DNA of 64,000 bases. Origin: Polyangiaceae bacterium. GTDB taxonomy: Bacteria > Myxococcota_A > Polyangia > Polyangiales > Polyangiaceae. The notes under the pieces were generated by a model, which did not search any database, was not told where the DNA came from, and saw only the letters and a program-made list of their open reading frames with translations. Below, piece after piece: positions 41,585 to 51,388 of this stretch; position 1 is the stretch's first letter, and each line of letters begins with the position of its first letter. The DNA lies in contig JBILLK010000032.1 in the NCBI GenBank assembly GCA_044376115.1, positions 32,001-96,000 of the forward strand, given 5' to 3'. The translations under genes and the position numbers were made by a program.

Positions 41585-42910
41585 ATGACCGCTTCCTCGG
41601 GCCGGCCTGCCGATCACACAACTCCGCCGAAGGTTCGTTCCTTAGCCTTTGCGGTGCTCATGCCGCTGCTCGCGTCGAGCTTGCCGAGCGTTCACGCGCA
41701 TGCGCAAGAAGCCGAGCCTGCTGCCAAGCCCGCCGTGGTTGCGCCTCCTCCCAAAGCGAACGGGAAGAAGCCTCCCCTACCTGTTCAGCTCTCGGTGTTG
41801 GCCTCCTCCCCCGATCCGCCGTGGATCTTGAAGATCGAAAACACGAGCGACGTTGTGATTCGGGTGCCTGCCGATGAACGGCTGCTCTCGTTCGAGCTAC
41901 GACCCAAGGCCAAAGCGCCGGTGATCGCGTGCAAACTCCCGAAGCTGATGGTGCCGTCGGAGTTTGATTCCTCGCGCGAGCTGCTGCTCAACCCCAAAGA
42001 GTCCTTCACCGTCTCGATCGATCCGCGCCTCTATTGCTTCGGCAGCTCGGTGGACAAGCTCGTCCCGGGCGCGGTGCTCACACCGAGCTTCGGTTTTTCG
42101 CCGTTTGGCAGCTCCAAAGAGACGATCGCCGCTGAAGGACTGGACCGGCCTTCGAGCTATCAACCGGTGCGGCTGCTCAAGGGTGAGCCGTTCACGCTCC
42201 CTGCCATCGTCGAGCCGCCTCCGAGCCAGAAGAAGCAGGCGGAGCATGGGCACGCGCACGGCGAGGGCGGGCACGCGCACGGTGACGGCGAACACGCGCA
42301 CGGCGGGCACCACGGGGAAGGCGGGCACATGACCGGCTCGTCGCTCGATCCGAGCGCGCCGCGGCTCGACGTGTACGTCGAACAACGCGTGGACGCGACG
42401 GCGGGCCGCGACGTGGTGCTCACCTTGCGCGCCGTCAATGAAGGGGAGCGCAAGCTCGCCACGGTGCTGCGAACGCGCATGATGACGATTCGGGTGGAAG
42501 AGCTCCGCGCCGATAACCGGCCGCGCGCTGTGACGCTGTGCACCGGCCAACACGCCGCACACGGCGTCGCCTCCGAACTCGTGGGCACGCTCGGCGCTGG
42601 GCGCGAATCCCGTTTAGCGATCCTCGTAGCCGAGGTCTGCCCGAAGGGCACCTTCCACCGGCCGGGCCTTTATCGGCTGCGCGCCGAGCTCGATACGGCC
42701 GTCTCAGGGGAAAGCCTCAAGAGCGACCCTTGGCTCGAAGGTGCGTTGGCTCGACAGTCGGCGCTCGTGCGCGTGGCCTCGGCTCGCGACGCTTTTCACG
42801 CTGGCGAGCCCTCCGCTGGCCCGGTCGAGTTCGAGTTGCCGCCCGGAGCCAACGACAACGCGCGGCCCGCTCCCAAGGTTGAACCGGTCGAAGCCCCGGC
42901 GAGCAAGTAA
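41585..42910 (+). CDS. Secreted hypothetical protein, two beta-rich domains joined by a His/Gly-rich linker
   Basis: Signal peptide ending AHA; HGHAHGEGGHAHGDGEHAHGGHHGEGGH. Confidence 0.72.
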   Translation: MTASSGRPADHTTPPKVRSLAFAVLMPLLASSLPSVHAHAQEAEPAAKPAVVAPPPKANGKKPPLPVQLSVLASSPDPPWILKIENTSDVVIRVPADERLLSFELRPKAKAPVIACKLPKLMVPSEFDSSRELLLNPKESFTVSIDPRLYCFGSSVDKLVPGAVLTPSFGFSPFGSSKETIAAEGLDRPSSYQPVRLLKGEPFTLPAIVEPPPSQKKQAEHGHAHGEGGHAHGDGEHAHGGHHGEGGHMTGSSLDPSAPRLDVYVEQRVDATAGRDVVLTLRAVNEGERKLATVLRTRMMTIRVEELRADNRPRAVTLCTGQHAAHGVASELVGTLGAGRESRLAILVAEVCPKGTFHRPGLYRLRAELDTAVSGESLKSDPWLEGALARQSALVRVASARDAFHAGEPSAGPVEFELPPGANDNARPAPKVEPVEAPASK

Positions 42911-42928
42911 GAACAGCCGGCTGCGATC

Positions 42929-43897
42929 TCAGAAGGTGCCGTGCAAACCCGCCCCCGCTGGGTAGACCTTCAATCCCAGCTTGATCGTTCGCTCCGTTGG
43001 GATCGCGCCGACCAACAAGACAGGCACTCCGGCGAGCACAAACGCAGCCCCTGTCGCCATCGATAGAGCAGCCGCGCCCTTCTCGATGAGCTCAGCCTCG
43101 CAGTCGTCGTACGCCAGATCAGAGACTTCGTATTTCGCCGCGGCGGCGATCGGATCTTCTTGGGCCAGCGTGAAGCCGTCCAACAGGAAATCGCAAGCTG
43201 GCGTGTCTTGGCCGATGAAGTACCCGCCAACAGCGAGACCAACGATGCCAACCGTGGTCATTGAAGCACCGAGCACGATCAGCCCGGTGCTTCGTGGTCC
43301 AACGATCACGCGTGAGAGGTTGCCGTTCCAAAACGCACCGGTGTTGATCTCTTCGTCGCTAGCGGTCGTGGACGCGTTCCTTCGCGGTGCAAGCCCGGCC
43401 GTCGTGCGCGACGCAGGCACTTCCACAGTCAGCAAAACTCCGCCTTCGTTCTGGCGCAGGGAGAGCACGCCTCGCGCCGACTCCCGAAGCGAGACCACCA
43501 ACTCAGCGCCTTCTGTTGCCGGACGCAACTCAACAGCCGTCACGGGCGTTCCAAAGAGCTCCGTCGGTAGCGGGAGCTGGTTGACTGGCTCGCTGAGCGC
43601 GAAGCCTTTCAGCGAGTACAAGAGCCGCCCTTCCGCTTGTTGCTCAACCACGCGAACTGGCCCGTGCAGCTGCAGTGTGACGAGAGCGCGTCCGTCCTCC
43701 AAGACTTGAAAACTGGGCGCACTCAGCACTGGATCGCCGGCCCCTGGATCCATCGACAGTTCCGCGGGAACAGAGGCAGCCGCCTGCTCACGGGGTTCCA
43801 CAGCGGGACGTAAGGGGCTATTCGGAGAGGATTCGAGCGTTGCTGTGGCACACCCCACATGGGTCACTGCGAACGTGAGTGCGAAGCGCCAATCCAT
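42929..43897 (-). CDS. Hypothetical lipoprotein/membrane protein (possible AMIN-like domain)
   Basis: VGC lipobox-like motif, C-terminal hydrophobic helices, ends GLHGTF. Confidence 0.62.
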   Translation of the reverse strand: MDWRFALTFAVTHVGCATATLESSPNSPLRPAVEPREQAAASVPAELSMDPGAGDPVLSAPSFQVLEDGRALVTLQLHGPVRVVEQQAEGRLLYSLKGFALSEPVNQLPLPTELFGTPVTAVELRPATEGAELVVSLRESARGVLSLRQNEGGVLLTVEVPASRTTAGLAPRRNASTTASDEEINTGAFWNGNLSRVIVGPRSTGLIVLGASMTTVGIVGLAVGGYFIGQDTPACDFLLDGFTLAQEDPIAAAAKYEVSDLAYDDCEAELIEKGAAALSMATGAAFVLAGVPVLLVGAIPTERTIKLGLKVYPAGAGLHGTF

Positions 43898-44132
43898 CTC
43901 GCCATCAAAGCAGCTGTCGAGCGACAATTGAATGACTCTGGCTGGCAGAAACGCAAACGGCCCTTCAGCGCACCACGCTTGTCGGGAGCTAAAGACAGCA
44001 TCCGTCTCGGCACCAACGCCGAACCAGATATTGAGCGAAGCTCGCACGAGGCGAAATGAAGCTGAGGGCCGAAAGGTCCACGATGCTCGTGGAGAGCGCT
44101 AGAGCGCTAGAAACGATGCAGCGAACCGCGGG

Positions 44133-44447
44133 CTAGTAACGACGCCAGTCCACCATTTCGAAGAGCGACATCGGCGTGTAGCGATTCAAGTTGCCGGTCC
44201 CCTGGTCATACTGACGCACGATCTCGGTCAGGATGGCGCCCGCCTCGATAATGAAGCGGCGCTGAATCGGCAGCGAGAAGTCCGTCTGCCCACCTGCGTT
44301 CGCTGCAACGTCAAGATCCACTCGGATCTCGGAGTTCGCTTGGTCAACGACGACTCGTCGGGTTTCTTTGGACCCCTCTCGAAGAGCGTCGAGACGCTCC
44401 ATGAGGTGCTCGGGCGAAAACGGGCGGAACGCGTGGAACGTCGACAT
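44133..44447 (-). CDS. Hypothetical protein
   Basis: AAGGAG SD upstream; 104 aa. Confidence 0.72.
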   Translation of the reverse strand: MSTFHAFRPFSPEHLMERLDALREGSKETRRVVVDQANSEIRVDLDVAANAGGQTDFSLPIQRRFIIEAGAILTEIVRQYDQGTGNLNRYTPMSLFEMVDWRRY

Positions 44448-44608
44448 GCGAACTCCTTGACGGACCTTGATGGGGCGACCTCCGCCCCGGGACCGAAGAT
44501 GAAAGATTGCGGGTTCTAATTGGGATCGTCAACCCTGGCCGGCGCAAAAACACCAACATTGGCTGGCATAGGCTTTGTTGCGCGTGGTGACGAGCCGGCC
44601 TCCGCTGA

Positions 44609-46174
44609 TCAAACGGGAAGGATTCCTCGTTTTTTGGCCGGCCTCTCGAGGTGTTTGTGTTGCGAGAGCTCGAGGCCCCAGGCGATGGCTCGGCGCGTAT
44701 CCCGTGGATCAATAACGTCATCCACAAGGCCCCAACCGCCTACTTTGTAGATGTCGATCGCCTTTTGGATCTGCGCGACGATGGCCTGCTTGATTTCGGG
44801 GCTCGGCTCGACGCCGCCAAACAGCTTGCGAGCCGCAATGCCGACCATGCCCTCCGGCCCCATCACGCTGATCTCAGCGGTAGGCCATGAAACGATCAGG
44901 TCCGGCTCGAAGGCGCGGCCGCACATGACGTAGTAGCCAGCGCCGTAGGCTTTGCGCACCAAGACCGAGATCTTCGGCACAGTGGCAGCCGCCATCGCGT
45001 GGAGCATCTTGGCGCCGTGACGAATGATGCCGGCGTGCTCGACCTTGGAGCCGATCATGAAGCCGGGGACGTCCTGCAAGAACACCAACGGGATGTTGAA
45101 GGCGTCGCAGATCTGAATGAAGCGCGCGGCTTTGTCCGACGAATCGACGTCGAGAATGCCGCCCATTTGCATCGGTTGGTTGGCCAGCACGCCCACCGAA
45201 CGACCGCCGATGCGAGCAAGACAGGTGATGATCGAGCGCGCGAACTTGGGTTTGATATCGAGGTAGTCACCGTCGTCGACGATCGACTTGATCAGCTTGT
45301 ACATGTCGTACGCGCGCCGCGGATTCTCAGGCAGCAGGTCGAGCAGCGACTCGTCGCGGCGGTCCACCGGATCAGCGCTGGTGATCAGCGGAGGATTCTC
45401 TTCGCAGCTCGAGGGGAAGTACGAGAGGTACTTTTTGACCAAGGCGATGCACTCGGCGTCATTGGCGACCTCCACGTCGCCTACGCCGCTCTTCGTCGTG
45501 TGCACCTTCGAGCCGCCGAGCTCCTGCTCGGAGATGTCTTCACCCGTCATCGCCTTCACCAGCGGCGGCCCGCCCAGCGCCATCGAGCCGATCTCCTTCA
45601 CCATCGGGACGAAGTCGGCCAGGCCGGGGATGTAGGCTGTTCCGGCGGCACCGGGGCCAACCATCGCGGCGACCTGCGGGACCACGCCGCTCATGTGGAC
45701 CTGCTCGCGAAAGAGATGGCCGCTCCCAGCGAATAGGCTGATCGCGTCGGGGTGTGTCGAGCCCGGGTCGATGCGAGCGCCCGCCGAATCGATGAACCAA
45801 ACCATCGGCCAGCGCCCGCGCAGCGCCATTTGGCGCATGCGGCTGACCTTCTCTTCGCCGGTTTGACCGATGCTCCCGCCTTTGACCGTGAAGTCGTAAG
45901 CAGCGGCGCAAACCATCCGCCCATCGACCTTGCCGAAGCCGCAGATCACAGCGTCGGCCGCCGGCTTGTCGCTGGAGTCGGTGTTGGCGAAGCCCATCTG
46001 CGTACCGTGAATGCCGACCTCGAAGAAGACGCCGTCGTCGAAGAAGGCTTGGAACCGCTCGCGAGCCGTGAGCTTGCCGCGGTCGTGCTGCTTCTTCACC
46101 TTGTCTGCGCCGCCGAGCTCGCGAATCGCCGCTCGCCGAGCCTCGAGGTCCTTCACCAACTCGCGCATATCCAT
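44609..46174 (-). CDS. Acyl-CoA carboxylase beta subunit (carboxyltransferase)
   Basis: KQHDRGKLTARER, DFTVKGGS, DSAGARI, SGVVPQ, LGGSKVH, DVPGFMIG, RKAYG, DDVIDP. Confidence 0.94.
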   Translation of the reverse strand: MDMRELVKDLEARRAAIRELGGADKVKKQHDRGKLTARERFQAFFDDGVFFEVGIHGTQMGFANTDSSDKPAADAVICGFGKVDGRMVCAAAYDFTVKGGSIGQTGEEKVSRMRQMALRGRWPMVWFIDSAGARIDPGSTHPDAISLFAGSGHLFREQVHMSGVVPQVAAMVGPGAAGTAYIPGLADFVPMVKEIGSMALGGPPLVKAMTGEDISEQELGGSKVHTTKSGVGDVEVANDAECIALVKKYLSYFPSSCEENPPLITSADPVDRRDESLLDLLPENPRRAYDMYKLIKSIVDDGDYLDIKPKFARSIITCLARIGGRSVGVLANQPMQMGGILDVDSSDKAARFIQICDAFNIPLVFLQDVPGFMIGSKVEHAGIIRHGAKMLHAMAAATVPKISVLVRKAYGAGYYVMCGRAFEPDLIVSWPTAEISVMGPEGMVGIAARKLFGGVEPSPEIKQAIVAQIQKAIDIYKVGGWGLVDDVIDPRDTRRAIAWGLELSQHKHLERPAKKRGILPV

Positions 46175-46185
46175 CGTGCTTCTCC

Positions 46186-46968
46186 TCAGCAGCCTTTCCA
46201 GGCCGGCGGTCGTTTCTCGAGAAAGGCCATCAAGCCTTCGCGAGCATCTTCAGTTGCGAGACAAGCCATGAGCCGATCTCGCAGATCGGGCAGCGCGGCC
46301 TCCAACGATAGGTCCTGGGTGGCAGCGTGCGCACGCAACCCGAGCCGGGTTGCGATCGGGCTCTTGGCCGCGAGCCGGCCAACCAGCGCATCCACGGCGC
46401 TGTCGAGCTCGGCGGCCGCAACCACCTGCGAAAGTAGCCCGAGACGCAGCGCCTCCTCGGCCGAGAACTTCTCACCGAGCAGCATCATCGACAGCAGCTG
46501 CCTCCGCGGCACGAGCCGCGCTAACACCGCCATGATCATCATCGGAAAGAGCCCAACGTCGATCTCCGGGGTACCGAGCTTCGCCGAGTCAACGGCCACA
46601 GCGAAGTGGCAGGACGCGACCAGCCCCAAGCCTCCGCCCATCGCGACGCCGTTCACCCGCGCAACCAGCGGTTTCTCGAAGCGTGCGAGGCGCAGCAGCA
46701 GGTCGGCGAAGTCACCCTTGTGCGGCAGCTCCTCGCCATCGCCGGATTGCATCGACGAAAAATCGCCACCCGCCGAAAACGCGTTGCCCGCGCCGGTCAG
46801 CACCACGACGCGCACCTCGGGATCGGCGTCGGCGTCCTCGAGCGCATACAAGAGCTCGTTCACCATCAGCGGCCCGATGGCGTTCTTGCGCGCCTCGTTG
46901 TTCAGACAGAGCGTGGCGCGACCGCCCGCGGCAGTCACCACGAGCTTCTTGTAGGCGCGCTCAATCAT
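46186..46968 (-). CDS. Enoyl-CoA hydratase/isomerase (crotonase) family
   Basis: AFSAGGD, KPLVARVNGVAMGGG, GTPEIDVGLFP, EDAREGLMAFLEKRPP. Confidence 0.93.
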   Translation of the reverse strand: MIERAYKKLVVTAAGGRATLCLNNEARKNAIGPLMVNELLYALEDADADPEVRVVVLTGAGNAFSAGGDFSSMQSGDGEELPHKGDFADLLLRLARFEKPLVARVNGVAMGGGLGLVASCHFAVAVDSAKLGTPEIDVGLFPMMIMAVLARLVPRRQLLSMMLLGEKFSAEEALRLGLLSQVVAAAELDSAVDALVGRLAAKSPIATRLGLRAHAATQDLSLEAALPDLRDRLMACLATEDAREGLMAFLEKRPPAWKGC

Positions 46969-47921
46969 GCGCGCTCCGCCGGCAAACTGAGGATCTGCCG
47001 AGCCTCCTCGACGGTGGCGGGGCGGCGTCCGACGTCGCGCACCATGCGGGTGAGCACCTCAACAAGGTCACCGTTGTTGCGCGCCATTTCTCCGTTGGGC
47101 AGGTACAAATGGTCCTCGAGCCCGGTGCGCACGTTGCCCCCGAGAGCGAGAGCCGCAGCCATCATGCGCCAATGACCGTGGCTGATACCGATCACCTCCC
47201 ACTCACTGCCAGCGGGCATCAACTTGGTCTGCAGCTGCAGCGACTCCACGTGGCCGGGAATGCCGCCGAGCACGTTGACGATGAAAGAGAATTGCAGCGG
47301 CTGCTTGAGCACGCCCATGTCGAGCAACGGCCAGATCCCGTTGGTGTGGCCTGTATCAAAGCACTCGAGTTCGGGCTTCACGCCCGCAGCGTTCATCGCC
47401 TCGAGCAGCTTGATGATCTTCGAGTAGGTGTTCGGGAACACCATGTCGAAGTCGAACTGCTTCCGTTTGTTGGAGTACTTCGAGTAGTTCATCGTGCCCA
47501 TGTTGAGCGCGGCGATCTCAGGCCGAAGGTCGCGGATGATGCTGGTCTGCTCACTCACATCGTCGAACAAGGTCCCGGTGGAGAAGTTGAGCAAGACCGG
47601 GCAACGAGCGACGATCTCGTCGCGGATCTGACGGAACACCGCGGGCGAGAACGTGGGCGAGCCGTCGTCGTTGCGCGCGTGGATGTGAACGACACTGGCG
47701 CCTGCGTCGTACGCACGCTTGGCCTCTTCAGCGATCTCGACCGGCGTGTACGGGATGCCGGGGCACTGTTTGCGCGTCGCCAGCACGCCGCTGAGCGCAC
47801 AGGTGACGACGCACAGATCCGGATCTCGCTTGGACGGATCACGCTTTGCCCCAGTAAACGTCGGCCGTTCTCGTTCAATCGCGCTCATGGCGTTCCTTTC
47901 GCTGGGAAGACCCAGGCTCAT
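46965..47921 (-). CDS. Beta-keto acid cleavage enzyme (BKACE / Kce, DUF849)
   Basis: IPYTPVEIAEEA, VHIHAR, NFSTG, KPELECFD, NVRTGLED. Confidence 0.92.
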   Translation of the reverse strand: MSLGLPSERNAMSAIERERPTFTGAKRDPSKRDPDLCVVTCALSGVLATRKQCPGIPYTPVEIAEEAKRAYDAGASVVHIHARNDDGSPTFSPAVFRQIRDEIVARCPVLLNFSTGTLFDDVSEQTSIIRDLRPEIAALNMGTMNYSKYSNKRKQFDFDMVFPNTYSKIIKLLEAMNAAGVKPELECFDTGHTNGIWPLLDMGVLKQPLQFSFIVNVLGGIPGHVESLQLQTKLMPAGSEWEVIGISHGHWRMMAAALALGGNVRTGLEDHLYLPNGEMARNNGDLVEVLTRMVRDVGRRPATVEEARQILSLPAERA

Positions 47922-48418
47922 GTTTCGGCGTCGGGAGTCAGCTCGCCGGCGCCCTTCTCTCGCTCGCGAACGATGCCGCGCACGCGTTTTCCAAGCTTCG
48001 AAAGCACCCGCAGCAGGTCCGAGGTGTCCTCTCGTGAGAGCGTGGCGAGCACCATCCTGAAAATCGACAGTGGCTCCACGTGCACGTCGCTGGCGACGCG
48101 CTTCCCTTTTTCAGTCAGTCGGATGAAAACCACCCGGCGGTCGCTGGTGCTGCGCTCGCGAACCACCAACTCCTCCCGCTCCATGCGGTCGATGATGCCG
48201 GTCACCGTGCTGTTTTGAGCTCGAATACGCTCGCTCAGCGACGAGAGCGAGAGGTCGCCGAAGGTGTCCAGCAGCTTGATCACCGTTAGCTGCGGACCGG
48301 TGAGCCCGACCTCGCGCGCCGCCAGCTTCGTCAATCGCCGAGACTCTGTGTACAGGTACACGATGGTCTCGATGATTGCGTCGAGCTCGGCCTTCGCATC
48401 GTTGTCTCGTTCCAACAT
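47918..48418 (-). CDS. MarR-family transcriptional regulator
   Basis: GLTGPQLTVI, STVTGIIDRME, DRRVVFIRLTEKG. Confidence 0.93.
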   Translation of the reverse strand: MLERDNDAKAELDAIIETIVYLYTESRRLTKLAAREVGLTGPQLTVIKLLDTFGDLSLSSLSERIRAQNSTVTGIIDRMEREELVVRERSTSDRRVVFIRLTEKGKRVASDVHVEPLSIFRMVLATLSREDTSDLLRVLSKLGKRVRGIVREREKGAGELTPDAET

Positions 48419-48442
48419 TGCCGGTGCGTTCGCTCCAATTAG

Positions 48443-48480
48443 TTAGCACACGAAGTATTCGCATACGAACCCTTCGTCAA
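48443..48480 (-). promoter_or_regulatory. Putative MarR operator pair and -35 element
   Basis: TTAGcacaCGAA 48443-48454 and TTCGcataCGAA 48458-48469; TTGACG on the - strand at 48480-48475. Confidence 0.5.
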
Positions 48481-48551
48481 GAAACTTTCTCCGCCGTTGG
48501 AACCAAAGACAATTTGCTAATCAGGGGTTTGCGTCCGCTATCCTGGACCCA

Positions 48552-50702
48552 ATGTTCCCTGCGGAGCCGGTGCCGGACCGAATCGGCGCCTACGAAATCC
48601 TCAAGCGCGTTGGCAAGGTTGGTACGGCCGACGTGTACTCCGCGCGGATGCAAGGGCCGCTTGAGTTCACCCGCGAAGTGACGCTCAAGCTCGTGCCCTT
48701 CGGCGTTGAGGAAGACGCACGAACAGCTGAAGAGCTGGGTCGAGAGGCGTTGATTTGCGCGCGGCTCAATCACCCCGTCGTCGTGCGAATGTTCGACTTC
48801 TTCGAGCACGATCGACGTCTCGTCCTGGTGCTCGAGCAGGTAGAAGGAGCGAGTCTCGACCGCTTGCTCAGCCACCTCAAGCGTCGCAAGCAGACCCTCT
48901 CCGACCACTCGGTCTTCTTCATCGCAGCGCAGATCGCCTCGGCGCTCGCGCATGCCCACGCAACCACCGACGAGGGCGGAAGCCTTTCGCCGATCATCCA
49001 TCGCGACATCAAACCCGAGAACGTGATGATCGGGTGGGACGGCTCGGTTCGGCTTTCGGGCTTTGGTTTGGGCAAGATCCTCGGACGCACGCCGGACTCG
49101 GTGGCTGGGACGGTGCGCGGCACGCCGGGCTACATGGCGCCGGAGCAGGTCCGAGGCGAACGAGCGACGGTTCGCAGCGACGTTTACGGTCTTGGTGTGC
49201 TGCTTTGGGCGATGTTGACGGGTCAAGAGCCGCCGCTCGACGGAGTGCGGCCAACGCCGATCGCTGAGGCCCGGCCAGATTTACCGCGTGAGCTGCACGC
49301 AGCGATCGACGCGGCGCTCGAGCCGGCCACCGACAAGCGGCGCATCACCTGCGCCGATCTAGCGCAGTGGTTGATCAAGCTGGCGAAGATCGAGACCGGG
49401 CGAGAAGAGCTGCGCAACAAGGTCCTGTGGCTGCGAGCCGCGCGGGGCCCCGCCGGCAAGCTCGATGCTACGGCTAAGCCGCCGCGCGGCCCCCACCGCC
49501 GGCAGGCCATTCAAGCCAGCCGCCCGGTACGCCGGCTTTCCTCGCGCCCGCCTTCGGGCTGGCCAAAGAGTTCGCGTTCGCGGCCGTCCACGGGCGCGCC
49601 TCCTCCGAGCGCGCGACCGGTCTCTGTGCGGGAAGGCTCGGGGCTCCTCCGCATTCCGCCGCCGCCCAATCTGCCCGAGGACGCGAAGCTCGATTCATCT
49701 CGCTCGGCGGACGGCTTCCAATCGATCGACGTCTCGCGCTCGTTGGTGCCGCGCCCGTCGGTTCGACCGCAGAGCAAAGGCTCGACCATGCCGCCATCGC
49801 GCGACCTCGAGCTGCCGCGGGTCAACGTGCGAACCGTCTCGGCGCCGCCGCCGCCGCGAACGCTGGCCCCAGGGCGAAAAACCGGCGCGCCGGATCCAGC
49901 CTCCGCACTCGAACAAGGTTGGCCCGTCGAGCTCGGTGCACCTCGCTTGCCAACGTTCGGGGCACCGCCCGCTTCCTTCGGCAATGAGATCACCGGCCAG
50001 TGGGAAGGCAAGACGAAGGACAGCGACCTGCCGGGCTTCGTCCCGCCTGACTTACGCGCCCCCGAACTGAGCGCCCTGCAGAGCGAAATCACGTCGCAAG
50101 TCGCCGTACCAACCTCGACCGATTCGACCTTGGGCGGGTCAATTACTTCGAGGCCGACCGCACCGAGCAACACCTTTCCGCTCGCGATGCAGATCATCTT
50201 GGCGACGCTGACCGCCGCGTTGGTTGTCGCGCTCGGCCTGCTGCTGCTGCGCAAAGATCAGACGCCGCCGGCACCGCAAATCGTCACCGTTGAAGTTGCG
50301 CGCAATCAAGAACCGCCGCGCCGGGAGGCACCGCCAGTGGAGCAGCCGCCGCCACCACTACCCGCGCCGGTCGCTCCAACGCCGGACCCCAACAAGGGAG
50401 GCTTGCCGGGCATCCCTGACGCGACGTCGCTGGGTGACAACCTCGGGTACCTGGTGGTGAAGGGGCCATCCACGATGGACGTCTACTTGAACGGCCAACG
50501 TCGCGGACCCACCAACGAGCCGCTGGCGGTCCCTTGCGGTCACTTCTTCCTGCGCCTCGCGCCAGCCGCGACCGAAGCTCCGCGGTTCCCGACCTGGTAC
50601 GGCCCGGGGCAAAGCGTCTTCGTGGCCTGCCGCTCCGCCACCGTCATGTCGGCGAAGCTCCCGCCCGCAGCGCCCGAAGGCACGGGCACCGTCGGGCTCT
50701 AA
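48552..50702 (+). CDS. Membrane-anchored Ser/Thr protein kinase (possible pseudokinase) with Pro-rich linker and PEGA-like C-terminus
   Basis: VTLK, HRDIKPEN, GFG at the DFG position, GTPGYMAPEQ, SDVYGLG; TM ILATLTAALVVALGLLLL. Confidence 0.9.
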   Translation: MFPAEPVPDRIGAYEILKRVGKVGTADVYSARMQGPLEFTREVTLKLVPFGVEEDARTAEELGREALICARLNHPVVVRMFDFFEHDRRLVLVLEQVEGASLDRLLSHLKRRKQTLSDHSVFFIAAQIASALAHAHATTDEGGSLSPIIHRDIKPENVMIGWDGSVRLSGFGLGKILGRTPDSVAGTVRGTPGYMAPEQVRGERATVRSDVYGLGVLLWAMLTGQEPPLDGVRPTPIAEARPDLPRELHAAIDAALEPATDKRRITCADLAQWLIKLAKIETGREELRNKVLWLRAARGPAGKLDATAKPPRGPHRRQAIQASRPVRRLSSRPPSGWPKSSRSRPSTGAPPPSARPVSVREGSGLLRIPPPPNLPEDAKLDSSRSADGFQSIDVSRSLVPRPSVRPQSKGSTMPPSRDLELPRVNVRTVSAPPPPRTLAPGRKTGAPDPASALEQGWPVELGAPRLPTFGAPPASFGNEITGQWEGKTKDSDLPGFVPPDLRAPELSALQSEITSQVAVPTSTDSTLGGSITSRPTAPSNTFPLAMQIILATLTAALVVALGLLLLRKDQTPPAPQIVTVEVARNQEPPRREAPPVEQPPPPLPAPVAPTPDPNKGGLPGIPDATSLGDNLGYLVVKGPSTMDVYLNGQRRGPTNEPLAVPCGHFFLRLAPAATEAPRFPTWYGPGQSVFVACRSATVMSAKLPPAAPEGTGTVGL

Positions 50703-50828
50703 ACAACGTCGAGCCGGTGTAGCGGCAGACGTTGCGACGGCGGACTCGGTCCGCCGGAATCGCGCTGGGCTCAAGCGATGGCAGCACCCTTGTGCTGCCA
50801 CTTGGTCACGAGCCGCTTGCGCGCGGGT

Positions 50829-51215
50829 TCAGCGAACTTCTTCTTCCTCTTCTTCCTCTTCTTCGAGGTCGTCGTCGTCCTCATCGTCATCGTCATCGAG
50901 ACTGACGTCTTCTTCAGCGTCGTCAGCGTCCTCATCACGAGCCTCATGCTTGAGGTCGATGCCAATGTCAGCGAGCTGGGTCTCGAGCAACTCGAAGAGC
51001 TCATCGGCGTCATCCCCATTCCAGTCGTCCAAGATGTCCGACAGGAACTCGAAGAAGTCACCGTTGCTCAACCGCCGCTCGATCTCTTCGACCTGCTCCT
51101 CGGTAAAGGCTTCTAGAATGTCCTCCCGAAGGGATTCAGTATCCCCCTCCTCAATCGCGTCAGCTGCGGAGAGACGGATTTGGCGGACGGCACGCTTGTC
51201 GAGAAAAATCTCCAT
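50829..51215 (-). CDS. Small extremely acidic hypothetical protein
   Basis: ATG 51215; about 40-45% Asp/Glu by manual count; poly-D/E tail. Confidence 0.8.
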   Translation of the reverse strand: MEIFLDKRAVRQIRLSAADAIEEGDTESLREDILEAFTEEQVEEIERRLSNGDFFEFLSDILDDWNGDDADELFELLETQLADIGIDLKHEARDEDADDAEEDVSLDDDDDEDDDDLEEEEEEEEEVR

Positions 51216-51388
51216 GAGCTTGTCGGGGGGTTTATGCAATTTCTGGTGGCGACGTCAAGCGAAGCGCGTGCAACACACAAACAAGTCTCGTCTTTGGTAC
51301 TTCCAAAGCGGAATGCCAGGTGTAACTTTTGACCTCGATGCGATGGATCCCGCGCTGCACTGCCGACGAAGGCAGACGCAGCGACCCA

